DNA from: Octopus vulgaris
Lineage: Eukaryota
Assembly (NCBI GenBank): GCA_951406725.2
Contig: OX597825.1
Coordinates: 49,476,001-49,540,000 of the forward strand
Direction of reading: 5' to 3'
Length of the DNA: 64,000 nucleotides
The position numbers and the translations under genes were made by a program. The stretch's first letter is position 1. Each line of letters opens with the position of its first letter. This document shows, piece by piece, positions 26,816-41,114 of the stretch. The notes beneath the pieces were generated by a model, which saw only the letters and a list, made by a program, of their open reading frames with translations, made no database searches and was not told the origin of the DNA.

Positions 26816-26869
26816 TGGCATACATATATGCATATATATATAGGTACATACATACATATATAATATATA

Positions 26870-26891
26870 CATATATATATATATATATTAT

Positions 26892-26936
<45 letters not shown>

Positions 26937-27015
26937 TATACATACATATATATGCATATATATACATACATAAATATATATATATGCATTCTCTATAATA
27001 TATATATATATATAT

Positions 27016-27065
<50 letters not shown>

Positions 27066-27127
27066 TATACATACATATATATGCATATATATATATACAT
27101 AAATATATATATATGCATTCTCTATAA
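26870..27127 (+). repeat. ~129-bp tandem duplication of a compound TA/TACA microsatellite
   Basis: Both units end in ...acataaatatatatatatgcattctctataa (26998 and 27127). Confidence 0.8.
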
Positions 27128-30100
27128 GTGTCATTATAACCATTTGACATTAACCTAGTTTTCCTAATGCTAAATCTGTTTACCAAATAGTAGTAATCGG
27201 CATTGTAATCTGACAATCCTTTTCTACGTACCTAAATTTCTTTATATGGAACTTTGACATCTATTTCACCCCTATTTGAAATCTTTGTTGTCTCCTTTCA
27301 TTTGTCCATTCTTCTCAGAACCTTCTAGCAGTTCAGAGCAACTGAATATTATTCAGTCAGTTGATAAACACCACTACCTTAAATGTTCTTAGAATTTAAG
27401 TCCACATCTTTGTCTATATATCTACCTTCTCTATAATGTTATCACTTGATATGAAAATTATGTATTAATGGAAAACCTCTATTAATGGCTGATGAGTGCT
27501 CAGAATTTTAAAACTCTTGAAATTCTTACAACATTTAATAAAATGATGTAGTGCGAAACGATCGTACCAAATTACCGAAGTTATTCTTGTTGCTTATTAT
27601 GATTATAATCACGCCATGGATTTATATGGATAACACCATACAAAATTCTGGTGCATCTAACTTAAGTAACATATTCATTTGAATCTAAATTTTGCTGTAC
27701 ACACACACACACACACACTCACACACACACATATATATATATATTTTTTATAAAAGGTAAGCAGATTTAGCGGTTGTAGTAACTGACTAAGGAATAATCT
27801 ACTGATGTAGTTCAATTTGTTTGTTTATTGATCAAAAATTTTCTCCGTTTTCTGATTATCTAAATTATATGTGTGTGCGTGCGAGTGAGTGAGTGTATGT
27901 GTATGCTATGTATGTATACATGCATGATTGTATGTACTTATGTCTATATATGCATTTATGTGTGTGTGTGCATGTGTATACGAGTCCCAGGTTTAGCTCA
28001 GAACTTGGATTATTCTAGCTAAAGTGCTTCAACAGTATCTGCCTGGATATATCATCCCTATCTATTCATGTTCATACATGTACGCTCACACATACACACA
28101 CGCGTACCGCACACACATACACAAACACACGCATTAGTATCTGTCCCCCACTGGCCCTGCGCCCCCCGCTTCCTAACTTATCAAAAGAAACCAATGTAAG
28201 ATTCTAATTGAAATCGGGGCAATAACAACAGTCCTTTCTAATATGAAAGACATCATCATAGAAATCGATTGATAGAAGAGGAGTTAATTTCTCTAAGGAA
28301 TAATCTATTTGAACAACCTCATAAAGTTCCAATAGCTGTCACATATCTGACAAATACACAGTTGGTAACTGGTCTATAAACAGCTTTGCTCGAACTGAAG
28401 CCGGCAATATGTATATTTAACATTTACAGGTGTTAATTAAAAGATGTGCATTATCAGAGTGTCAAAGGAAAACAAATTCAACTCTGCTTGTTTGTTTTAT
28501 CGAGCAAGTAATCTACGGTGAAATTCATAACTACTTGGACAATGTTTCTTCTTTGTATGTCTTCTAAATGAGATGTTTACAACAGATTAAATGACAGACT
28601 TCCATCATACTGTATCCGCTCTTTAGGTAAATTGAAACTTTTCATTAAATAAAGACAAATTGAATAAAAACAAATAAAAATATAACTACTTTCCTGAAAA
28701 TATATATCAAATTACCTGTTAGTACTTCAAAAACCAAACGGATAAATTTTGAAATGTGAAACTGAAGTCTATATCTTTCAGATGATATCAAGTACGAAAA
28801 TTTCAGCATGGCAGCACTATTATCCGATTGTGTATCCTAACAGAGAACGTCATTTTTTGTAATATTTCTAAATAACTGTACCAGTACCTAGGGCAAAGAA
28901 TAAGGAACAAAAGAATAAATGTAAATGAATTATTAGGTGGTTGGCCGTGGTGTTGATGATGAACCAAGAACTCCTGAAATGTGGCATATATACCCAATAC
29001 TTATTTCCCCATCATCGATAGCATTGGCTTTCATATTAGACCTATTCGGATACCAAACGTTGAAACAAATCAGTAGCATAATTTTATAGAAAATATATAG
29101 AATAACCTTAACAAGTGATTTCATAGCACTGCTAACACAGTAAGATACAGTATAGACTTTCAATATTTAATATAATTTGTTGTATGTTATGATTGTATAA
29201 CAAAATACGGTGTCCCTACAGTACCAGTTATAATGTTCACGTTGAATGAGATGTGAAATAACTACCCACTGACGCCTCAATATCGGTGAAGGAGACAGAA
29301 CTAAAGTAGTGTAAAACAGAATCCATTTCAGCAGTACTGTATTGTGGAAGTTGCAGGATTCCCAAGAGATATATAAATGGTGTTTTAATACTGAGGTCTC
29401 AGGTCCGATGACGATATATTGTAGAAGTATTTGAAAAGAAAAAGAAGGAGGTAGTGGAGTAAATGAGGTGTAGTTAAATCAGATCGAAGATCGGTACGTC
29501 ATTGTTAGTGAGAGCATTTTGTGATAGCAGAGAAGATGAATAAATAATAGGTTTAAGTGTAGGATATAAACTATGTTGTTTGCTGCAACGGAAATAATGT
29601 TGGGGTGATTAAATATCAGAAAAACAGTAGTGGTTGAGTATATCAGGAGCTGCGATATTTCGGTAAATGTAGTTCACAACAAAGATTAAACTCCTTCTCA
29701 TATATAAGATTTGTGCATGTATGCGTATGTTGGGGTAACGCTATTTAATTTTGCAAACTATCAACTCTTATCTATTGCATCTCATTTCATGAATTAGCGA
29801 AGAGGAAAGTCGAGATCTTCGCTGAATGACATGCAAATGGAACAACATTTTACACTCTGCTGCAGTAATAGCATCTCAAAATATCGAGTAACTTCTTTTG
29901 ACCAGAAGTAAGATCTGAACACAGTTTAGGTTCTACAAAATTCGCTCAGATCTCAGATCTCAGCTTATGTCTATCCTACACAAACAAATCAGATCCATTT
30001 GACGAGCTTTTGTTCAATTTCCATGTTCTAGGTTGCATACAGAATTCTAAAGCAATATCCTGGTGGGAGACATTTGCTCATCTCATTGTAATAAACAGAG

Positions 30101-30700
30101 TCAATTTAGAACGCAGGCGATTGACATAATTTACTTTGTTTTACATAAGCGATAATGTAAATAAGTAAGTTGCAACTGAAGGATCTAGAATAGATTAAGG
30201 GGATAATATAAATTTTCTGGAACACAGGGTCAAAAATCAAATAAAGAGAGGTGATGAAGAAAGTGTTAAGAGATGCAGAAAATATAAAAATGAGAAGCAG
30301 CAGTGACAAACCAGGATGCTGTTTTTATATATACTTTTGTAATTGTTATTACTAATTTCATATAAAATAAAGAAATAAAAAGACAATAACTTTTCTTTTA
30401 ATTAATTCCCAAGTATATTCATTGATTCTGAATTCTTATCGTCTACTCAAATATTTAAATGAAAATATATGCAACAAAGTTAACCGCTAAAATAGCCGTA
30501 ACAAGAAATGAATTTATTCATCCCCATTCTTGCGAATCGCGTCTAGTTTGCTTCAGTAAAAATATTGAAAATGATCATTAGTATAAAAATTCAAATATCA
30601 AACATTAAAATCCCTTTTAGCCCAGTTGCACATCAGTGATAGTTTCATGGTACATATGAATATTAATTTTAGCAACTTCGCCAAGGAGGTTAGATACATT

Positions 30701-30784
<84 letters not shown>

Positions 30785-30792
30785 ATATATAT

Positions 30793-31204
30793 ATTCTTCT
30801 ACTTCTTTACTTGTTTTAGTCATTTGATTGCGACCATGCTGGAACACCGCCTTTAGTCGAGCAAATTGACCCCGGAACTTATTCTTTATAAGCCTAGTAC
30901 TTATTCTATGTGTCTCTTTTGCCGAACCGCTAAATGACGGGGACATAAACACACCAGCATCGGTTGTAAAGCAATGCTAGGAAGAGAATCATGGACACAC
31001 AAACATACATACACACATATATATATAAATACATATATTCGATGGGGTTCTTTCAGTTTCCGTCTACCAAATCCACTCACAAGGCTTTGGGCGGCCCGAG
31101 GCTATGGTAGAAGACACTTGCCCAAGATGTCACGCAATAGGACTGAACCCAAAACCATGTGGTTGGTAAGCAAGCTACTTACCACACAGCCACTCCTGTG
31201 CCTA
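30793..31204 (-). mobile_element. Full-length tRNA-derived SINE (Octopus-type)
   Basis: Head aggcacaggagtggctgtgtggtaagtagcttg with A-box and B-box-like (ggttcagtcc) motifs, an internal microsatellite, and the tail catggtcgcaatcaaatgactaaaacaagtaaagaag. Same family as 33350/38618-39050, 50380 and 51860. Confidence 0.9.
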
Positions 31205-31280
31205 TAAAATGATAAAGAACCTTATTCAATTTTCAAACTTTACTGGGTTCTCATCGGAGGCTTCTACCTCATTCTGACAG

Positions 31281-31332
<52 letters not shown>

Positions 31333-31615
31333 CGATAAATTTTGAGCGTTAGACAATATACCAGAAATCCCTAGTTTTTGGACGTTCTGAGTCTGCCAGA
31401 TCTGATTAGTTAGAGAGAGCAAATCATTAGACATGCTTCTAGTGAGTTATGATCTCAGACAACAGGGCTCTTACCGATGAATTATCTGAGCAAATAAATT
31501 ATCTTTATTGCTGAAAGAACGAAACTGCAGTCTAAGAGGAACCGAGTTAGTAAATGTTTTTATCTTCATTTCACTAAATTTATCTAGCTTCTGTATTTCT
31601 AACATATTTCGCTTA

Positions 31616-31651
<36 letters not shown>

Positions 31652-31655
31652 TTGT

Positions 31656-31689
<34 letters not shown>

Positions 31690-31696
31690 TATATAA

Positions 31697-32780
31697 TAGG
31701 TTGTTTCACAGGAAATGTCGTGTTAGAAAGGTAACAATAAAATGTTTCAGAAGAGTTAGAGAACTGATTTATTTAATCAAAGTATGATTCATGTTCATTT
31801 ATGACGTTCATCAAACGTTTCTCTATGTCATATATTCTATCTATTAAAAAAAATCATCTTTTGCTCTGATAAACTGTCCGAATGCGTAAATATGTGATGA
31901 TCAGTTGAAGATATATTACGGGAATAGGGAGGATATCTCAAAATCCCGTAATTCAGGTTTGCGACTTTTAGACCATAGATTGAGGTGTGTGAGGACGTGC
32001 ATTGTCATGGAGCAAAATTGGGTCATCTATATTCACTAGTCTGGGTTGCTTCTTTTTCAAATCCTCATACATACAATAAATTTTCTGGCAATACAGTGTT
32101 GCTGTTACAGTGTTTCAGTTTTAGAAAAATGAATAATGAACAACTCCCTTTGCAAACCACTCTACAGTGATCACTAACTCTTTACAATACAATGGCGAGT
32201 TTGGGTATTGTTTAGATGACTCTCCTTGCATTTAATCACTATTCTCTTCTCTTGTTGTTCTCAAAGAATATCCATTTCTCATCCCAGGTAATGATATGTT
32301 GCAAAAATGGTCTTCATCCACTCCGGAAAGAAAGAAAGAGCATACTTCAGGGCGTCCATTTCTTTGAATCTCTTTCAGTTGTTTTCTTGACTTTTCCAAT
32401 TTTTTACAGGTATCCAAACAGTTGTGCGAGATGCTTGGAGTTCTGAAACTTTTCACACCTTTGTTCTCGGATTTTGTTCAACCAAAGTATTTAATGCATC
32501 ATGCTGAATAACTGATTTCGGCCTACCCCTTTGTTTATTTATCAACTCCTAAACGAGAGCTTTGAAACTATCTCTGAACTATTCTGATGTCAACAAAAAC
32601 ATTGATATTCCGTAGAGCTTCTGCGGCTGGGTGATCCAGTTTGTACTTATATGAGAAAATCACTCAGAATAGTTTAGTTGTTATCATTTCTATAAGGTAT
32701 GTGGGTACGAGATTTGTATACGAATATTTTGGTGAAAGAAAAAGAGTCAAGATTAGATGCACGGTATACATAATTGAGTT
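31697..32780 (-). mobile_element. mariner transposon relic
   Basis: Minus-strand PFLQHIITWDEKW (~32270-32310) and PILLHDNARPH (~31987-32021). Boundaries approximate. Confidence 0.85.
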
Positions 32781-32807
32781 TTTAAATGACTCGATAATGT
32801 ATACCTT

Positions 32808-32945
32808 TCGTCGAGCAAATCGACCCCAGGACTTATTCTTTGTAAACCTAGTACTTATTTTACCGAAAAGCTAAGTTACTGGGATGTAAATACATCACCA
32901 TCGGTTGTCAAGGGATGATGGTGGGAGAAACACACATATATATAT
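32808..32945 (-). mobile_element. SINE 3' fragment
   Basis: gtcgagcaaatcgaccccaggacttattctttgtaaacctagtactt...catcggttgtcaag, same family as 30793. Confidence 0.8.
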
Positions 32946-32974
32946 ATATAATAAATAATAAATAATATACATGT

Positions 32975-33330
32975 ATATATGGGTACGGAACATCATCAAC
33001 GGTGCGAATGTCATGAAATACATAAACAAAATGGAAAACAGGACAAGTTACAACAGAGAAAGGACCCTTCATAAGTTTTCGGCTGTCTATCTACTCCTCA
33101 TTTCGAGCATTCAACGACAATATGAAACATCAATGACAGTTTCTCCCATGAATTCAAAACTAAAATTTTGGATTTATGGAGGGTCAAAGTTGGGAACAAG
33201 AAAATGACAGCGAAGATAAAAGGAAACTGAGTGAAAACAAAAATGGGGCGTTAGACGAGAACGAGAGGAAAATAGTGAATGCTGGGAAAAACATTTCCTT
33301 TTGGAGGAAAGTTAGAAGGCAGAGAAAAAA
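32975..33330 (-). repeat. Interspersed repeat family A, purine-rich, with a permuted hammerhead-like motif (copy at 41115-41600)
   Basis: Shares cggctgtctatctactcctcatttcgagcattca...aattcaaaa(c/a)taaaattttggattt...gttagac(g/c)agaacgagaggaaaatagtgaatg with 41230-41470. Confidence 0.85.
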
Positions 33331-33810
33331 TATGATTTATATTATCTTTAGGTGCAGGGGTGGCTGTGTGGTAAGTAGCTTGCTAACCTCACTGACTGAA
33401 GAGTGAATTTGCTTACCGTACTACGGTTTGGACGCGTTTTCTTCCTGGTAAGAGTTTTGCTGTGTTGTTAATATTACTTCGTACCATCTGGAACTTGTTG
33501 AATTTTACTTCTGAAAATTTGTTTTTGATCATTGTTGAACTGTTCTCTGGTTTTCCCGGGGAATAATTGGATAATTTGTTACTGTTGAACTGTTAGCCAT
33601 TGTGGCTTTTTTATCTACGTGACTGTATATAGTCTTGCCAGACTAATTTCGTGCCCCTTCCCCGAATGGGGGTGGGAATTGAAATTTTTGAACTGCTTTT
33701 TACCACTCATTGAACTGCTTTGGAAGAAAAACTTTTTATAGGTTTCCCAGTTTTGTAGGAAACCGATATTTGTAATTTTTGTGTTGTCTATTACTAATTT
33801 CAACAGAATA

Positions 33811-34999
33811 ATGTCTGTGGAGATTAATCACGAAAATAGTGCTCTTGAGGAGAGCAATGTTGATAACTGTAGTAAAAAATTTTCTGCGGTAGCCGCATTG
33901 GCTACCGAGAACATTGACATCAATGTCAATTGGCTCGTCGAGCTATTTAAAAGAATGAAAGAGGAGGGTGGTGATGTTAAAATATCACCCTCCGCCAATA
34001 TCGTGGAGACCGAGAAGCGGACCGTAGTGTTTAAAACTTTCTGTCCACAAAGCAGAAGGTTCAAACACTTTGAAAAGAATACTATCGAGAAATGCCTGTC
34101 CCCGATTTGGAAGGACATTGTGTACGTTGCCAGAGGACGGGCATATGGCACTGTGGAGGTCCGCTTCTCGGGGGAAGAGGTGGCCCGCGGGCATTCTGTG
34201 AATCCCTTAAAAACCAAGGAGGTGGTACTTCTGCCAAGCTATAGGGGACGCAGGACGTCCCGGGTCAGGATTGCAGAAGCACCGCCATAAGTAGATCCGG
34301 TAGAGGTAGTGGCCGCCCTGTTATATAAAAGGACGGACAAAATTAAAATACTACAGGTAACATGCTCTGCCCCTCAATATTGGCTTGGGTGAGACATTAA
34401 TATAATAATTCAAGGAACACCGGAGGACCTGCAGCTCCTTCCTGAGAGGGTGCTCGTGGGCGAGAATGTGGCCCTCAGGGTATAGGTCGAAGGCCGAAAG
34501 CCCACCTGTTACGCCTGCGGCAAAAAGGGCCACATTCGTGTTGACTGTCCAGACAGGCAAAAGAAACCGCAGACACCAGGCCCCTTAGATAATAAAAAAA
34601 ATCCCTACCCTTGCAAACTCACCTACCCCTACAAAAACAAAAAGTCCCACTGCTGCTGTTACGGTGCCAACCTCAAAACAAACTGACAAAAAAACCCAGC
34701 CCTTGCACTCACAAACCCTACATTATTAAAATCTCCCACCCCCTTAAAAACTGCGGCGCCTACTGAACAAAATATTGCTACCCCAGACGATACCGTGGAG
34801 GTATCAGAGGGGGGATTTACAACAGTTCGTAAAAGAATTCGTGCATCATCTCCGTCCACATCCCCTACAAAAAAAAATATACACAAAGACACACCATCCG
34901 GCGTATCGCGAACTTGCCGGACTATCTGAAGAAGGAGGAGAAAGAAGGGGCCCACAAATGTGTGGTGTGGTCGGCCCCAACCTCTCCAACGAAATGTAA
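33811..34999 (+). pseudogene. LINE ORF1 (gag-like, CCHC knuckle), disrupted
   Basis: ATG at 33811 with in-frame stops at 34288 and later. Knuckle PTCYACGKKGHIRVDC at 34501-34548, followed by a Pro/Thr-rich tail. Confidence 0.8.
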
Positions 35000-35020
35000 G
35001 TAGAACTTTTACTTTTTGTA

Positions 35021-38000
35021 ATGGCTTCTCTTAACCTTGGTTCTTTAAATGTGCGTGGTCTGAGTTCGAAGTGGAAGCAGGCTTGTTTCCTCGACGACCT
35101 CAGATCACATGATATACATGTGATGGTTGCTACAGAGACCAAGCTGGACAGGCTACAAACCTTGTCGCCTTTCCTGAATGGCTACGAGAAAATCATGTCT
35201 CCTGGCCAGACCGGAGGGCGAGGGGGTGTAGTGGTACTGATCCGTAAAGACTTGGCTCTGCAGACAAGTACAGTCTATGTGGACCCAGAAGGTGGGCTGG
35301 TCGTCCTTGATGTAACATACAGCAGTAAGGCCTTCAGGTTGATCGGACTCTATGCACCTTGTGCTAGAGGTTTCCAAACTGATTTTTATCGGCGCCTAGA
35401 GGGCTTTCTCGTGACGTCGAAGACTTTAGTGATATTAGGGGACTTTAATGCTATCGTTGACGTACACATCGATAGCGTTGGCTCGATCTATAGGAAAGTG
35501 AACTCACGTCTCGTGGATCTGCTTAAGCGGTTTCAGCTGGCAGATCGTTACAGACTTGACCATCCGAACGTCCCAGAGTGGACCTGGATGAGTGGTGACG
35601 GAAGGTTCAAGCCTTATCTAGACAGGATAGTGATAAGAACTAGAGATAAGTCTAGTTTTAGTCGTCCACAGCTCGTCCAGGTGCCCTATACTGATCATAG
35701 AATGGTCAAGTGTAGACTGGACATAGATAGCACACTTAAGATAGGAACCGGCTACTGGAAGCTGAACAAGTATATTTTGACTCGCGAGGCATACCGTAGC
35801 CGGATTAAGGAGTTAGTGCAGAGGGCGTTAACCGGAGCCGTGGTTAACAACCGGTGGTGGTTCGCCCTCAAAAGAGCCATTCGATTCGAGTCCATTAGAT
35901 TTAGTAAACAACTAAGACTAGATAGGGCTAGAATAGAAGGGCAACTAGTTAAGAACTTAGAGGAGGCGTTGAGGTTGGGCTCTGCATCTCACATTTTAGC
36001 GGCGAGAACGGCATTAGACCGTCACCTCAAAACCAAACATGAGGGATGTAGAGTCCGGGCTAAAGTACGAGCATTGGGCCGTGAGGGAATTAATGTTGCC
36101 GGATAGAAACAGAGCGTGGCAACGATGCCACAATTGGGTCTCTTGTTGATGAAAACGGATGCACGGTCAAGAAGCGGGACGAGATGTGTGACGCACTTCA
36201 CAAGCACTTCGCCGAGTTGTTCGGGAGGTGCGGGACGCTGGATCATGATGAGGCCCTTAGGGACTTCCTGTCTGGTGGCCTGCGTCTCACGATACGAGAG
36301 GCTGAGTGCTGTGAAGGGCCAATCACGGCCGAGGAAGTAATCGAGGTGTGCCCCGGGGAGAAGTCGCCGGGTCTCGATGGTTTGCCCTATGAATTTTATA
36401 AAAGTATGCCAGACTTGTTCGGGCACCTGCTGGCTAGCGTCTACGGCAACTGGCAGCAGAATGGGAGAATTCCCAAGTCTGCGAGCCGGGGGGTAGTGAC
36501 GCTGATCAGGAAGGACCCGAGCAAAGGGGACGAGATAGGGAACTTCAGGCCCATAACTCTGTTGAACACAGAGTTAAAGATTCTGGCCAAGGTGCTAGCA
36601 AAAAGGTTGGCGCGGGTCGTGGACAAACTTGTCGGGGAAGCGCAAACGTGCGCTATCCCTGGCAGAACGATCCACGATAATTTCCACCTTATACGCTACT
36701 CCTTAGAGAGGGTGGGGAAGCTTTCTGGCACAGGTGAGCACTGGTACATTTAGACCAGTCCAAAGCATTTGATAGGGTCGACCATCAGTACTTGGTGGCG
36801 GTCCTCGGAGAGGCTGGCCTAGGCCCGACCTTTCGAGATTGGATCGCTGCTTTGTATAGCCTCATCGAGTCTGTAGTCAAAGTGAACGGTTTCTTTTCGA
36901 AGCCGTTCAGGATCGAGCGTTCAGTTCGTCAAGGGTGTCCCCTGTCCTCGCTCCTATACGTATTGGCCCTTGACCCTTTGCTGCGGAAGTTGGAGGCACT
37001 AGGGTGCGCGCCGCATGATCTATGGTGTGGAAGAGGAGCTACGGCGTATGCGGATGACACCTCCACCATCGTGGCAGACGAAGGCCAGCTTCCAGTGGTG
37101 GAAGAGGCAATCAAAAGCTACGAGGCGGTGGCAGGAGCAAAGGTTAACAAGGACAAGTCGGTCGGTCGGTTTGCAACTCGGCACCTGGAGGGGCAAGCCG
37201 ATGCCGTCCAATGCCGTAGAGCGTTGGACGGAAGTTCCTCTTCAGCTGCTCGGAGTCTGGTTCGGGCCAGACCTCCAGATTGAGAAAAATTGGAGTGAGG
37301 TGGCCAACAAGGTGACCGCTCTAACCCAGACCTGGTCTGGGCGGGCGTTATCCCTGCTAGGGAAGGCGGAGGTGGTTGAGATGTTTATAGCATCAGTAAT
37401 CACCTACCGTCTGACCGTGATGACTTGCCCCGATTTGTGGCTGAACAAGTTGGAGAGAATCCTTTTCCGCTTTTTGTGGAAAGGAGGAAAGCCACTTGTA
37501 AAGCGCTCTGTCTGCTGCCAGAAACCGCTAAAGGGTGGGCTAGGGATGCCTTGGCTGAGGATGCAAAAACTCGCGTTAAGTTTAAGGCACCTCTGGCTTT
37601 ACCTGGATGGAGAGCAGGTGTGGTCACCGCACGTCCGGTTCTACCATCCCCAGTTAACATCCCTAACGGACATCGGTGCATGGATCAAGCGGAGACCTAA
37701 ACTGGTTGAATGGCATTTGGAATGCCGTCAGGCGCCCCAGCTACACTCTCGGGCGGGCAACAGGAGTTCCACCACGGATTTCAATAGCGGGTTAGCGGAG
37801 GTTAAGTCCGAAGGCGCCTTGGGGTAGACCCTGGGCTACGATGAAAATCAGTTGGTCAACCTGTTCCGGAGGACGTTCGGGCCGGGTATCTGGATACTTA
37901 CCAGAAATCCCTGGCCTGGCAGTGTTTCCGTGCGGCTTTCCTGTTCGCGACAAGCTGTCAAGGCTCGAAAGTGCCGGCGACATGCCCGCGATGTGAGCGG

Positions 38001-38385
38001 GATAGGGAAACCGTCTTGCACGCATTCGTGGAGTGTCCGGAGTTATCGGGACTGATAGCTTTTGCCGAACAAACTATTGTCAGTGATGGGAAGAGTACAG
38101 TTATCAGCTGAGTCTATCATTGAGATTGTGCCGCCTCCTTTCCTTAACAGGGAAAGAAAGGCTTGTTTTTTCTGTGTAGTAGCCATAATGAAAGAAACAA
38201 TATGGAAGACGCGTACGAAAGGTATAGTGGCAGGCACCTTTGTCGCCGGCCAGGGGTTGATTAACTTTTTTAGTTACCACCTCAGTAGCAAAATCAGGCT
38301 GGAGAAGAGGTGTCTGTCACGAGATATGTTTGTGAAAAGATGGAAGCCTGTGGCATGCAAGCTGGGTATGTTTGGCACCAGGTAA
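35021..38385 (+). pseudogene. LINE ORF2: APE endonuclease + reverse transcriptase + C-terminal Zn motif, disrupted
   Basis: APE motifs SLNVRGL, LGDFNA, YLDRI, TDHRMV. RT motifs KSPGLDGLPYEFY, NFRPITLLN, DQSKAFDRVDH, SVRQGCPLS, YADD. C-terminal CPRC..ETVLHAFVEC. Several stops and frameshifts. Confidence 0.95.
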
Positions 38386-38757
38386 GTGTGACCGGATCAA
38401 AAAGTAAAGGTTCTATGCGGATGGCTGGGTGTCCGTCCTTCGATATGATCATTAAGTAATATTTTTAAACATTGTCTTCGTAAAATTCATTGGTTATAAT
38501 CTTATCCGTAATTTCATTCGAAAATTTTAACTGTGTTAAGCTACTTCACCCTTTATAATTGTCTGTCCTTGTTTGTCCCCTCTTTGTAAATGCCTAAATG
38601 GCAAATTATATGAAATAAAGTAGCTTGCTAACCAACCACATGGTTCTGGGTTCAGTCCCACTGCGTGGCATCTTGGGCAAGTGTCTTCTGCTATAGCCCT
38701 GGGCCGACCAATGCCTTGTGAGTGGATTTGGTAGACGGAAACTGAAAGAAGTCTGTC

Positions 38758-38839
<82 letters not shown>

Positions 38840-39667
38840 GTGTGTGTTTGTGTGTCTGTGTTTGTCCCCCTAGCATTGCTTGACAATCGGTGCTGGTGTG
38901 TTTACGTCCCCGTCACTTAGCGGTTCAGCAAAAAGAGACCGATAGAATAAGTACTGGGCTTACAAAGAATAAGTCCTGGGATCGATTTGCTCGACTAAAG
39001 GTGGTGCTCCAGCATGGCCGCAGTCAAATGACTGAACAAGTAAAAGAGTATGCAAGTATCTTCAAACAACAAAATGAATTACGCAAGGTTCTGCTGAGTA
39101 AGCATCTGAAAATATGTGTAGAAAGAATACCAAGATCATTCCCTTCTACACATGCCCAAATTATGAGACAAGGTACCGGAAGGCAATGGAATTACATTTT
39201 ATCAAAATAATTCTAACGTATGCTAAACGTACACAAAAATATAAAAAATACATACATGAGGAGTCCTCATTAAAATGTTTGCGCTATTGTTAATAAAATA
39301 ACTGGAAAACTTCACTTAAGCCACACAAAACATACACACACTCTTTCTCACAGGTGCGATTAAGCACACAATCATTTAATAATCTTCCGAAATGTTTCTC
39401 TACATCTGGATAACATCACAACCGACACACACGAAAATCAATAAACCAATAACTAAAGAAAATTGACCTCTTGAACTATCATAAATTTAAACACTCCCCG
39501 AAAAAGACACCTTTCGACAGATACGTAGCATAGAACTGATTAAAAAATGCAATGCAATTTCAGCCATCCAGAAAGGACCCATTTCTTTCTTTCCTCTTCT
39601 TTTTCTCCATCTGACAAAGCCTGTAAAATCCTTCACTCATACTTATATACACATATACACCCACGCT

Positions 39668-39725
<58 letters not shown>

Positions 39726-40088
39726 GATATATATGAGTGTGTGTGTGTGGGTACACCACACACTCATATACATTCAAAGTCACACAATATTCCCTTTCCA
39801 ATTCAACGTCAGATTTTTACAACTTAAATATAAAAAGAATCTTTCCTGGTGACTTCTGAAACAAGATGAAAGTGCTAAATATAAAATGAAAAGGGAATAG
39901 AACATGGCAGCGTTTGATAGTAAAAGATAAGATTAAGAAAAGAAACACAAATCATTTTCCATGAAAACGAGATTGAGCTACGATTAAAATTTAATTACCT
40001 TGAATTTCAAGTTAACTAGTTGTCTGCATGAAGTTCAGTACACACATACATGTATGCTTAGATACATGCATACACAGACACACATCTC

Positions 40089-40179
<91 letters not shown>

Positions 40180-40315
40180 AATGATTAATAATATATTATC
40201 GTATATTCCATCTTCCGTCTTTCATTTGACATATACCTAAATACCTAACGATTACCGTAAAAGTAACCGTGCTTTACCAGTAAGTTACTAGTTGTAAACC
40301 ATTAAATTTTTATGC

Positions 40316-40432
<117 letters not shown>

Positions 40433-41003
40433 GGAATGACCACTATGTGGACAACCATTATGTTAGAAGTAGATCCGCTATGGTCTAACAACTAAGAAAT
40501 GCTTTCAAGAAAATTTAGCAAACATCAGAATGTAAGCTAACAAGACAAATGAAAAGTAACAGATATATAGATTATTCACATACATGTTTTACTATTAACA
40601 GATTACGTACTTTTACTTACGCAGTTAGTCCGTAGATCTTCAGTGTGACTGTCAATACAAATATAATTTGCAGAACTATACAGGAGCACGTCCTCTCGAG
40701 GTTGGACTTGTATCTAGTTCTAACTATCTGTTAATAGTGAAATATGTATGTGAATAATCTATATTTTTGTTATTTTTCATTTGTCTTACTCGCTTATGTT
40801 CCGATGTTTGCTAAATTTATCTTCAGACATTTTCTTAGTGGTAAGACAATAGCGGATCTACTTCTAGCATAAGGGTTTTCCACATAGTGGTCATCCCTCT
40901 CATATGTATATAATACAATTTACTGAACCTTCAGATTTTAATATGCTAGACGACTGTTGTTAAATTGATGTTACTTGAATTAATATCCATTTTCTCACCC
41001 TCG

Positions 41004-41084
<81 letters not shown>

Positions 41085-41114
41085 ATATATATGTGTGTGT
41101 GTATACAAGCATAT

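Larger units (their letters stand above)
33389..38617 (+). mobile_element. Full-length Tx1/L1-type LINE (~5.2 kb) with a 16-bp TSD
   Basis: TSD AAGTAGCTTGCTAACC at 33373-33388 and 38618-38633. Contains a 5'UTR, ORF1 and ORF2, and ends at AATAAA. Confidence 0.95.
33350..39050 (+). mobile_element. tRNA-SINE (33350-33388 plus 38618-39050) interrupted by a LINE
   Basis: The head aggtgcaggggtggctgtgtggtaagtagcttgctaacc resumes after the LINE as aagtagcttgctaaccaaccacatggttctgggttcagtccca...ggccgcagtcaaatgactgaacaagtaaaag. Confidence 0.9.
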
